A stretch of DNA of 64,000 nt, taken from Spirochaetia bacterium (lineage in GTDB: Bacteria > Spirochaetota > Spirochaetia > DSM-27196 > Salinispiraceae). Position 1 is the stretch's first letter. Each line of letters starts with the position of its first letter. Shown in pieces: positions 1-8,403 of the stretch. The position numbers and the translations under genes were made by a program. The notes beneath the pieces were generated by a model, which was not told where the DNA came from, made no database searches, and saw only the letters and a list, made by a program, of their open reading frames with translations. Where the stretch lies: NCBI GenBank assembly GCA_038204425.1, contig JBBRCZ010000004.1, positions 32,001 through 96,000 on the forward strand, read 5' to 3'.

Positions 1-2
1 TT

Positions 3-1436
3 GAATTCAATATCCAAACGCCGTTTGCCCAGTATGTGCTTGCCATCCTTGCCTATACGCCGCACTTTTTCTTGTTGTTTCGCTACATCGGGTATTTTGC
101 CAAAAAGTTTGAAGAACGAGAAAAATACAGTAGCACCTACATCAACTCCCTGTTTGATTTTATGCGCACCATTGGTAGCGCCATGACAGAGAGAATTGAA
201 GTAAAGTCCATACTTAACTACGTTATCAATTCTATTACCAAGTACATTAACGCCGACTCGGGCGTGGTAATGCTCAAAGATGGCCACGATGGAGTTTTAC
301 GCATTGGCGCCATGGAAGGCTATTTTCCTCCGCCTTTTGAAGTGCCAGCCATTGTTAAAACCAAACTGACCGGTGTGCAGAAGTTTTTTGAGAACACACC
401 TATAAAGCTTGGTGAGACTATTTTGGGCGAGTGCGCCGCCTCCAACAAGGCAATTTACATACGTAAAACGTCAGAAGATCCGCGTATGCAGTCCAATATC
501 AAAGACGACACGCTATTGATCACTTCAATAATCGCCATCCCTTTGATTGTCAATAAAGACGTTTTTGGTGTTATTTCCATCATGCGCCGCAGCAAAGACA
601 GTCTCTTTACCGACCTTGAGTACGAACGTTCTCGCGTTTTTGTCGAGTACGCCTCACTTACGCTCGACTCTCTCTATAACTATGCGCAGTTGCTAGAAAA
701 GCAGGAAATCGAGCGCGAAGTTAACATTGCCGCCACTATTCAGAGGAAACTCTTGCCTACTCGAACACCTAAAGCAATCGCCAACATGGTGCACGCCTTT
801 ACTCGGCCAGCCAAGGGAGTCTCGGGCGACTATTACGACATTATCCCATTAAACGCTATGGGTAAGTTTGCCATGGTTATCTGTGATGTGGCCGGCAAGG
901 GTGTCCCTGCCAGCTTAATCATGGTTATGATTAGAACCATTATTCACACCATTGGTGGAGCCAAAAAGAACGCTGCCGAAGTGGTTGCTTGGATTAACCG
1001 TGGTATTGCCGGTCGAATCGACATAGAGCGATTTGCAACACTGTCATATTTAACTTACAATCCACAAGAACGCTTGCTTGAGTATTCTAACGCTGGCCAC
1101 CATCCTGTATTGCTCTACCGAAGTGGGACGGGCATAGTAGAACGGATTGACAGCCCAGGCTTGCCCATTGGGCTAGAACGTGACAGTGAATATACTTTGG
1201 TTAAGGTTTATCTGGAGACAGGAGACACTCTTTTGTCTTATACTGACGGTATCATAGAAGCTATGAACTATCGTGGCGAGCAGTTTGAAGAAGAACGATT
1301 GGTGCAGATTTTTGAAGAGCATGTGCTCAAGTCTCCCAAGGAACTTATAGACATCATTAGGTCTGCGGTTGATGGCTTTGTTGGCCAAGCAAAACAGCAT
1401 GATGATATGACCATGATCGTGCTTAAAGCAGATTAA
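3..1436 (+). CDS. GAF + SpoIIE/PP2C (RsbU-like) phosphatase, 5' partial
   Basis: Frame is open from base 3. GAF-like region (SIIAIPL...VFGVI), then PP2C motifs VSGDYYD, ICDVAGKGVPA, NAGH, YTDGIIEA, HDDMT. Confidence 0.9.
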   Translation, partial: EFNIQTPFAQYVLAILAYTPHFFLLFRYIGYFAKKFEEREKYSSTYINSLFDFMRTIGSAMTERIEVKSILNYVINSITKYINADSGVVMLKDGHDGVLRIGAMEGYFPPPFEVPAIVKTKLTGVQKFFENTPIKLGETILGECAASNKAIYIRKTSEDPRMQSNIKDDTLLITSIIAIPLIVNKDVFGVISIMRRSKDSLFTDLEYERSRVFVEYASLTLDSLYNYAQLLEKQEIEREVNIAATIQRKLLPTRTPKAIANMVHAFTRPAKGVSGDYYDIIPLNAMGKFAMVICDVAGKGVPASLIMVMIRTIIHTIGGAKKNAAEVVAWINRGIAGRIDIERFATLSYLTYNPQERLLEYSNAGHHPVLLYRSGTGIVERIDSPGLPIGLERDSEYTLVKVYLETGDTLLSYTDGIIEAMNYRGEQFEEERLVQIFEEHVLKSPKELIDIIRSAVDGFVGQAKQHDDMTMIVLKAD

Positions 1437-1497
1437 TGTGCTATAATGTTACCATGTTCTTGTGATAGGATTCATTAGTAAAAAGGAGCATGCACCG

Positions 1498-1839
1498 GTG
1501 GAAGTTAAACTTAAGACCAAAAACGGAGTCCTGTTGGTGGAGCTTCAAGAGGAAATTGACCTCTTTCATGCCAACAAGCTGAAGTTGTATTTCAACAAAA
1601 TTTTTGAAAGTTCCCATACTAAGATCATTCTTAACTTTCAGGATGTTACCTACATTGACAGTTCTGGCATAGGCGCGCTTCTCAACATTTACAAAGAAAC
1701 CAAAAAGCGCAACATAAAAATGTTCTTTGCCAACATTCATGGTTCAGTCAAGAAAGTTATCGAGCTAACTAAGCTTGATGATTATTTCCCCATCCTTCGT
1801 TCAGAAGACGAAGCAATGGAACAGCTGAACTCAGAATAA
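1498..1839 (+). CDS. STAS-domain anti-sigma factor antagonist (RsbV/SpoIIAA-like)
   Basis: VTYIDSSGIGAL phosphorylation motif. GTG start chosen downstream of AAGGAG (1483-1488). Confidence 0.9.
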   Translation: MEVKLKTKNGVLLVELQEEIDLFHANKLKLYFNKIFESSHTKIILNFQDVTYIDSSGIGALLNIYKETKKRNIKMFFANIHGSVKKVIELTKLDDYFPILRSEDEAMEQLNSE

Positions 1840-1859
1840 TACTGCTTAGGAGCATTACG

Positions 1860-2393
1860 ATGGCACACAAAGAACTTAGGGTTGACGAAAAAAATCCCTT
1901 GTTTGACAAAACAAACCTATTCTATAAGAAATTTCCCTCGGATCAGCGCCAGATTCGCTATTTCGCCTTGGTTATTGTACAAAAAGCACCTCCAGAGATT
2001 CAGGAAATCAACTTGCTTGAACAACAAATCTCTGAGCTTTTGAAAAATGCGGTCAAACACGGCAACCACAGCGACCCATCAAAGTCAGTGCACGTTTGGT
2101 ATTATTTTTCAAATGACGAAGCACGCTTGATAGTGGAAGACGAAGGCGAAGGCTTTAAGGATTTAGAAAAGTGGAACGAATTTAACAGTAAGCGCCTTGC
2201 CCTGCTGCAAGACCGTAAGTTTGATGACCTAGACAACTTCGTCTCCTTTAGAACCGATCGCTCTGATGAACATGACGGTGGCAACGCCCTTTTTGCAGCC
2301 CTGGAATACTGGGATGTAGGCATGATTTATGATGAAAAACGAACCTCGGTTGCTGTCGGCAAGCGATTTGAAAAAAGACGACTAGCCGTTTAG
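1860..2393 (+). CDS. HATPase_c-like ATP-binding protein (RsbW/anti-sigma kinase-like)
   Basis: N box ELLKNAVKHGN and G1 box IVEDEGEGF. Follows the STAS gene. Confidence 0.8.
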   Translation: MAHKELRVDEKNPLFDKTNLFYKKFPSDQRQIRYFALVIVQKAPPEIQEINLLEQQISELLKNAVKHGNHSDPSKSVHVWYYFSNDEARLIVEDEGEGFKDLEKWNEFNSKRLALLQDRKFDDLDNFVSFRTDRSDEHDGGNALFAALEYWDVGMIYDEKRTSVAVGKRFEKRRLAV

Positions 2394-2416
2394 TAGAGCA
2401 TGCTGAGCCAAAAGAG

Positions 2417-2452
2417 AAAGCTGTTTGATACAAGATCAAACAGCTTTTTTTT
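2417..2452 (+). terminator. Intrinsic terminator after the anti-sigma kinase-like gene
   Basis: AAAGCTGTTTGAT-acaag-ATCAAACAGCTTT followed by a T run. Confidence 0.75.
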
Positions 2453-2463
2453 GCTTCTTGGGC

Positions 2464-2497
2464 AAAAATACTGCCTCGGAAAATTCCGGGGCAGTAT
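2464..2497 (-). terminator. Intrinsic terminator after the P-II gene
   Basis: ATACTGCCTCGGAA/TTCCGGGGCAGTAT inverted repeat, with an A run on + that gives a U tract on -. Confidence 0.7.
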
Positions 2498-2511
2498 CTT
2501 CTGCGAGAAGA

Positions 2512-2853
2512 TTAACCTATCGCTACGGTTCCAGTCTCATTGGTTCTAATGCGAACTACTTCCTCCAAGGGAGTAATAAAAATCTTGCCATCACCGATTT
2601 CCCCAGTGTGGGCACCGTCGATAATTGCCTTTATGGTCTTCTTTACAAAGTCATCATTAACGGCAATCTCTATGCGGATCTTCTTGAGCAAATTTACTTC
2701 GATGTCTACACCGCGAAACTTTTCGGTGTAGCCCATTTGCTGTCCACAACCCAAGGCATTGGTCACGGAAATCTTGTAAATCTCAGCTTCAAAAAGCTTC
2801 TGTTTAACATCGTTTAACTTGTGCGGCTGTATATACGCGGTTATCAATTTCAT
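2512..2853 (-). CDS. glnK: P-II family nitrogen regulator (GlnK/GlnB)
   Basis: T-loop [14 protein letters not shown] and C-terminal [10 protein letters not shown]...VRIRT. Lies directly after amt; the glnK name rests on that linkage. Confidence 0.9.
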   Translation of the reverse strand: MKLITAYIQPHKLNDVKQKLFEAEIYKISVTNALGCGQQMGYTEKFRGVDIEVNLLKKIRIEIAVNDDFVKKTIKAIIDGAHTGEIGDGKIFITPLEEVVRIRTNETGTVAIG

Positions 2854-2876
2854 AACATTTTCTCCTTGTACTGCTA

Positions 2877-4232
2877 TTACATGTTACTGAAGATTTGGAA
2901 GCCATGGTATGCATCAGCGCCATGCTCGTTGATATCCAAGCCTTGTTGTTCTTCTTTTTTGCTTACGCGAAGGAACTTAACTGCTTTGAGCAGCAAGAAT
3001 ACCGCACCCATGGTTACCACTACCCATCCGAATACCATACCTACGCCCAAAGCTTGCACGCCCAACTGTGTAGCATCGCCTCCCATAAAGAGTCCTGCGG
3101 TACCCTGTCGGATTCGATCGGGTTCGGCAAACAATCCTACTGCCAAGGTTCCCCAGACACCACAGATGCCGTGTACAGAAATGGCTCCAACTGGATCATC
3201 TATGTGCAAAACCTTGTCAAAGAACTCGACACTGAGCACCACCAGAATACCACCAATCAAACCAATGATTATGGCCGATGTTGGACTAACGGCAAAGGTT
3301 GGCGCGGTAATGGAAACCAAACCTGCCAATGCGCCGTTCATAGTCATAGAAACGTCAGGCTTCTTAAACCATATCCAGCTCAGTATCATGGCGGCAACTG
3401 CCCCGGCAGAAGCACCAAGTGTGGTGGTTACGGCAATGTGACCTATGTCGGCACTGCTACCGTTGAGGGTAGAACCGGCATTAAAGCCATACCAACCAAA
3501 CCAGAGGATAAACACACCCAAGGCGGCCAAAGTCAGGTTGTGACCAGGGAATGCCTTAGAGATGATCTTGCCATCAACTTTGACATATTTGCCCAAACGT
3601 GGTCCAAGCACTACGGCACCAACTAGGGCTGCCCAACCACCGACACTATGAACTACGGTCGACCCAGCAAAGTCATGGAATCCTTTTACTGCTAAGAATC
3701 CTTCTGCATTCCATATCCAATGCCCTGCTACTGGGTAAACAATGGCCGAAATAAAGACGCTATATATCAAATATGAGCCAAACTTGATACGTTCTGCAAC
3801 GGCTCCCGAGACAATGGTGGCGGCGGTTGCGGCAAATACTACCTGGAAGAACCAGTCACGCATCTTGTTGGCCCATTCTTCGGTTGGAATGTTGAGGAAG
3901 AACTCACTGGTTCCAAACCAACCGCCGCTTGAAGCGCCATACATGAGACCCCAACCAACTGCAAAGAAGGCCAAGGCACCAACCGCAAAGTCCATTAAAT
4001 TTTTCATTAGGATATTGACGGCGTTCTTTGATCTAGTCAAACCAACCTCAACCATTGCAAAGCCTGCTTGCATCAAAAATACAAGGGCCCCTGCAACCAC
4101 TAACCACAGCATGGTTGTAATACCGTCGAGGTCAGCTTTAGTCACATACTCCGCCTCTTGCGCTGAAACTATGGCTGGAAAAACCATAAGCGACAAAAGA
4201 ACGACAAGTACCGTAAGTGCTCTCTTTTTCAT
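2877..4232 (-). CDS. amtB: Ammonium transporter
   Basis: [35 protein letters not shown] and [11 protein letters not shown] motifs. Has an N-terminal signal peptide. Confidence 0.95.
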   Translation of the reverse strand: MKKRALTVLVVLLSLMVFPAIVSAQEAEYVTKADLDGITTMLWLVVAGALVFLMQAGFAMVEVGLTRSKNAVNILMKNLMDFAVGALAFFAVGWGLMYGASSGGWFGTSEFFLNIPTEEWANKMRDWFFQVVFAATAATIVSGAVAERIKFGSYLIYSVFISAIVYPVAGHWIWNAEGFLAVKGFHDFAGSTVVHSVGGWAALVGAVVLGPRLGKYVKVDGKIISKAFPGHNLTLAALGVFILWFGWYGFNAGSTLNGSSADIGHIAVTTTLGASAGAVAAMILSWIWFKKPDVSMTMNGALAGLVSITAPTFAVSPTSAIIIGLIGGILVVLSVEFFDKVLHIDDPVGAISVHGICGVWGTLAVGLFAEPDRIRQGTAGLFMGGDATQLGVQALGVGMVFGWVVVTMGAVFLLLKAVKFLRVSKKEEQQGLDINEHGADAYHGFQIFSNM

Positions 4233-4291
4233 ACCTAACTCCTTTTTACTTTCGACAAGAAAGTTACTTGATTAAATCTCAGTACACTAAT

Positions 4292-4307
4292 TGCAAATAC
4301 CGTGCCA
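4292..4307 (-). promoter_or_regulatory. sigma54 (-24/-12) promoter of amtB-glnK
   Basis: Minus strand reads TGGCACGGTATTTGCA, an exact TGGCAC-N5-TTGCA match about 60 bp upstream of amtB. Confidence 0.85.
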
Positions 4308-4753
4308 TCTTCAATATTTTTTCTATTTAATTTGATCAAAGAAAGAATTTGGCCTGATAACTGCCGTTGCTTTGGGCTGGTGGCTTATCATTTAATGGCA
4401 CTTGCTTGTTGCCTTTGGGCCTTTTTTAGCTGCGTGACTTAGTCAGGCGCAGCGACAACTGTTTGTAATGTAAGGATTTTGGGCACCTGTCGATTCTTGC
4501 ACTTCTCAGCAAGCAACATGGCCAAGCCTATGGTTGGGCATACGAATAAAAGGTAGCGTCCTGAGGCCAACTAAGGGCCTACGAAAGCCTTTTAAGCTGA
4601 GCCACCAGCCGCCTTATCGGTATAACTTCGTGCACAATGCTACGTTTGTGTATTTATTGAGTAAATTAGATACATTTTGGTGTCAAAAATGCATGCCGAT
4701 GTATGGTTTGGCCCCCTTTTGCAGGCCGACCTAAGCGTATATAGTAGTCGGCA

Positions 4754-6682
4754 ATGAATACTAAAAATATACCCAATCTCGGAATCCGAAACATTGCAAT
4801 TATAGCCCACGTTGACCACGGTAAAACTACTTTGGTTGATGGTTTGTTCCGTCAATCCGGACTTTTTCGTGACAATCAAGAAACAGGCGAACGCCTGATG
4901 GACCGTATGGACCTCGAACGAGAACGAGGCATTACCATTGCCGCAAAAAACTGTGCCATCCGTTGGAATGGTGTTAAGGTCAATATTATTGACACCCCTG
5001 GTCACTCTGACTTTGGTGGAGAAGTTGAACGTGCCTTGTCGATGGTTGAAGGTGCCATATTGTTGGTTGACGCCAGCGAGGGCCCGCTGCCACAAACTCG
5101 CTTTGTCCTCAAGAAGGCTCTTGAGGCAGGCTTAAAGATTTTGGTGGTTGTCAATAAGATCGACCGCAAAGATGCACGGCCAGCAGAAGTGCTCGACGAG
5201 ATTTATAGTCTACTTATTGACCTTGACGCCAGCGAAGAGCAGCTTGAGTTTCCACTCTTTTACGCAATTGGCCGAGACGGTATCGCTCGCAAGACGCTTG
5301 AGCGTCAAGCTGATGCCCAAAAACCAGATGGCAGTCCTGTACCAGACGGAGAAGAAGGCGGCAACTTGCATCCATTGCTTGACGCTATTATTTCTGACTT
5401 GCCCCCACCTTACCACGACCCTGCGCAACCTTTTCAAATGTTGGTCTCCGACCTCGACTACTCGGAGTTTTTGGGCAGACTTGCCATTGGCAAGGTACAT
5501 CACGGTTCGGTCAAAGCCAACGAAGAGCTTGCTTGTATTGGCATAGATACCAACGCCGACGGTAGTATCAAAGAAGTAGTCAAGCCGCTTAGGGTCAGCC
5601 GTCTTCAGGTTTACCAAGGCATCGGCTTGGCTGAGGCACAAGCTGCCGAACCAGGCGACATTGTGGTGCTGTCAGGCATCAGCGCCGTCACCATTGGTGA
5701 CACGATTGCCACCAAGGCCGCACCGAGAGCTATTAAACGACTGACCGTAGACGAGCCAACGGTGAGTATGTTCTTTACTAAGAACGACGGCCCTTATTCG
5801 GGACTAGAAGGCAAGTACGTGCAAGGCGCGCGCATAGGCGAACGACTAGAAAAAGAAGCTCTCAGCAACGTTGGTATCAGGGTAGAAAAAGCCAAGGACA
5901 GTGATGGCTACATGGTAAAAGGACGTGGTGAGTTTCAGATGGCAATTATTATTGAAACCATGCGCCGCGAGGGATTTGAACTCTGTGTAGGACGCCCCGA
6001 GGTTATCTACCGCCACGAGAAGGGCAAAAGGCTAGAACCAATAGAGCAGCTTTTTATAGACTTAGAAAACGCCTATGTAGGTATTGTCACCGAAAAACTT
6101 TCTATCCGCAAATGCCGTATGACCAACATGACCGACCACGGCACCGGCCGCGTGCGGCTTGAGTTTTCGGCACCAAGCCGCGCGCTAATCGGCTACCGCG
6201 ACGAGTTTTTGACTGATACCAAGGGTACCGGCTTAATGAATAGTTACTTGGCGGGCTACGAGCCCTACCGTGGTGATCTCCCTGCCCGCACCAATGGCAG
6301 CTTAGTCTCTGACCGCCAAGGTGAAGCAGTACCCTATGCCATCTTTAACCTCGAACCACGCGGACGTATGTTTGTTGTACCTGGCGACAAAGTTTATGAG
6401 GGTATGATAGTTGGTGAGCATAACCGCGACAACGACCTCGACGTTAATCCTTGCCGCGAGAAGAAATTGACTAATATTCGTGCTGCAGGACGCGACGAAA
6501 ACGTAGTACTTACGCCTATTACGCCGCTAACTCTTGAAGTTGCACTTAACTTTTTACGGGACGACGAGTTGCTGGAGGTTACACCCACCAAGCTGCGCTT
6601 GCGCAAGATCTACCTGACCCAAAATCAGCGTACTATTGCTAACAAGCGCAACAAACTCAACGACCAAAACTACATGACCTAA
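4754..6682 (+). CDS. typA: Translational GTPase TypA/BipA
   Basis: [38 protein letters not shown] and [10 protein letters not shown] motifs. Confidence 0.97.
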   Translation: MNTKNIPNLGIRNIAIIAHVDHGKTTLVDGLFRQSGLFRDNQETGERLMDRMDLERERGITIAAKNCAIRWNGVKVNIIDTPGHSDFGGEVERALSMVEGAILLVDASEGPLPQTRFVLKKALEAGLKILVVVNKIDRKDARPAEVLDEIYSLLIDLDASEEQLEFPLFYAIGRDGIARKTLERQADAQKPDGSPVPDGEEGGNLHPLLDAIISDLPPPYHDPAQPFQMLVSDLDYSEFLGRLAIGKVHHGSVKANEELACIGIDTNADGSIKEVVKPLRVSRLQVYQGIGLAEAQAAEPGDIVVLSGISAVTIGDTIATKAAPRAIKRLTVDEPTVSMFFTKNDGPYSGLEGKYVQGARIGERLEKEALSNVGIRVEKAKDSDGYMVKGRGEFQMAIIIETMRREGFELCVGRPEVIYRHEKGKRLEPIEQLFIDLENAYVGIVTEKLSIRKCRMTNMTDHGTGRVRLEFSAPSRALIGYRDEFLTDTKGTGLMNSYLAGYEPYRGDLPARTNGSLVSDRQGEAVPYAIFNLEPRGRMFVVPGDKVYEGMIVGEHNRDNDLDVNPCREKKLTNIRAAGRDENVVLTPITPLTLEVALNFLRDDELLEVTPTKLRLRKIYLTQNQRTIANKRNKLNDQNYMT

Positions 6683-7002
6683 GATTTAGCTTGGGACTTA
6701 GCCTGAGAATTAGTGTCGTCCTTGTGATCTTCTTCTTCATCTTTTTTGATGACTTGGATTCGCACCTTTTTGGCAAGGGCAGCAATGCCGGCTATGGCCG
6801 CCAAAAAGGGCGCGAGCAACAAGGCTGCACCGCTGGCAATAATGCCAACATTGAGTGGTATCTCAAGCAGCTTTTTGCCTCCTTCGCTCCACAAAACGAT
6901 GGAACGCACGTTGCCTTCGGCTACTAACTTTTTGACCGAAGCCATTAGTTCTTCGCCAGCAACGAACAATTCTTCTTCAAACGATTTTTTTTTGTCGCTC
7001 AT
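6679..7002 (-). CDS. DUF4342-like small protein
   Basis: VKKLVAEGNVRSI..LEIPL..G....LLAP.LAA pattern. ATG at 7002 follows a purine-rich RBS. Confidence 0.75.
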   Translation of the reverse strand: MSDKKKSFEEELFVAGEELMASVKKLVAEGNVRSIVLWSEGGKKLLEIPLNVGIIASGAALLLAPFLAAIAGIAALAKKVRIQVIKKDEEEDHKDDTNSQAKSQAKS

Positions 7003-7099
7003 ACTTTCTTCTCCCCTTAGGCAAGATTTTGGGCCAAACACTGTCATGCAGTCGAAGGACCCCTTATAAGTATAGTGCTATTTGCTTAAGTGGGCAATT

Positions 7100-8191
7100 C
7101 TATACGGTTAAGACTAGGTTTATGAGTGTACGTTTGGAATGAGGGACTACGTTTACAAAGCTTTCAAAACCTACATCCATGGTGCGACAAGCGTCTTTGA
7201 GGCAAGTCATATAATAAAGGCCGAGTTCTGAGGCATTACCGAGACCTTCTATACCGTCATTGCGTTGTCCGCTATTGGAAATCTTACTTTGTTGATCAAT
7301 CTTTCCACGCAGACCTTCAAAGTCGGAGCCTTCGTTGCCAATGAGAATCTTAACCTTGGTTCGTTCTTGTTGGCTTTTTTTAAGTACGCCAAGCTCAAAG
7401 CTGACCCAGACGGGTTCGTGCCTGTCGTCACCGGGCATGGGCGAGGAATCCGGCTGAATGTTGGCAAGCATCAAGGTAAGCTCAGTCATGAGATAGGATA
7501 GATATTCTGGCAGCTCCGATCTACTGATATATTGCGCCAATAAGTTTTGCAGGTCTTGTTCAAGTTGACTGGTGGCTTGGTCGTCGCGCGAGTTGGCAAG
7601 CACCAGCCAGATTACCGGATCTATGGTGTTGAGGTAGCGGATAGACAAGAGTAGCAGTGACTTTCGTTCTTCTTCCAGCAGGCGTACATCTTGTACGATT
7701 TTCTTTTGTACAACGGCCAAGACTGTCTGTTTGCACGTCAAGATTGTATCTTTGGACTTGGCAACCAAGAGTTGGAAGATTTGGGCTTGCGTATTGGTGT
7801 TGGGGTTGAGCACCAACTTGGCGTTGCTGCGATTCCATTGAATTACCACATCAGAGCGCTGGAGCACTTCCCAAAGTTTGGTCTCAAACTGGCGGTAAAC
7901 CATGGCAGTTGCAAAGCATCGTGTCAAATCCATTAAAGAAACGCGCTGGTGCCCAAAGCGGTCAACCAAACGTTCTATCCGTTGCACCATACCGGTCATA
8001 GCCATCTTGAGTAGAGACTTAAACTCTACCTGTGGTAGTTCCACGCCAAATTCTTCGGCTCCATCAAAAAAACGAATTCGACGGGCTTTTTGCCCCATTT
8101 TGATAAATTGTTCAATACCAGGAGGGCTAAGCCCCAAGCTCAATGGGCCGACTATAAGTTCAGTTTTGGCATCGGATACATTTGAACTCAA
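7100..8191 (-). CDS. Hypothetical protein, possibly with a degenerate C-terminal HATPase-like domain
   Basis: 363-aa ORF with a TTG start after GAGGAG. It fills the gap between its neighbours. Confidence 0.75.
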   Translation of the reverse strand: MSSNVSDAKTELIVGPLSLGLSPPGIEQFIKMGQKARRIRFFDGAEEFGVELPQVEFKSLLKMAMTGMVQRIERLVDRFGHQRVSLMDLTRCFATAMVYRQFETKLWEVLQRSDVVIQWNRSNAKLVLNPNTNTQAQIFQLLVAKSKDTILTCKQTVLAVVQKKIVQDVRLLEEERKSLLLLSIRYLNTIDPVIWLVLANSRDDQATSQLEQDLQNLLAQYISRSELPEYLSYLMTELTLMLANIQPDSSPMPGDDRHEPVWVSFELGVLKKSQQERTKVKILIGNEGSDFEGLRGKIDQQSKISNSGQRNDGIEGLGNASELGLYYMTCLKDACRTMDVGFESFVNVVPHSKRTLINLVLTV

Positions 8192-8403
8192 AAACTAACT
8201 CCTCAATTAAACATAACACAGACTGGGCTAAGCGTGTAGATGCATATATTGTTGCACAATCACACAAATTTAACAGTATGTCCCTTTGCAATTTTCGGCG
8301 TACTGAGCGAATTTATATAGTAACATACGTAGCGCAAACTAAGTTATTGCTGATTGCCTAAGAATATGGGTAAGCTTGACTCAATTTACGGAGGAACAGA
8401 ACC

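Noticed and set aside
2821..4275. Plus-strand ORFs (206, 243 and 177 aa) over amtB
   Set aside because: Antisense shadows with no domain similarity.
4396..4412. Second sigma54-like TGGCAC...TTGC on the + strand
   Set aside because: The spacer is 7 nt instead of the invariant 5. It is better treated as a palindromic site.
4375..4610. tRNA-like ends on the minus strand (GGCTGGTGGCTCAG ... CCACCAGCCC)
   Set aside because: No T-loop GTTC, no anticodon arm and no tmRNA tag frame. The resemblance comes from the inverted repeat.
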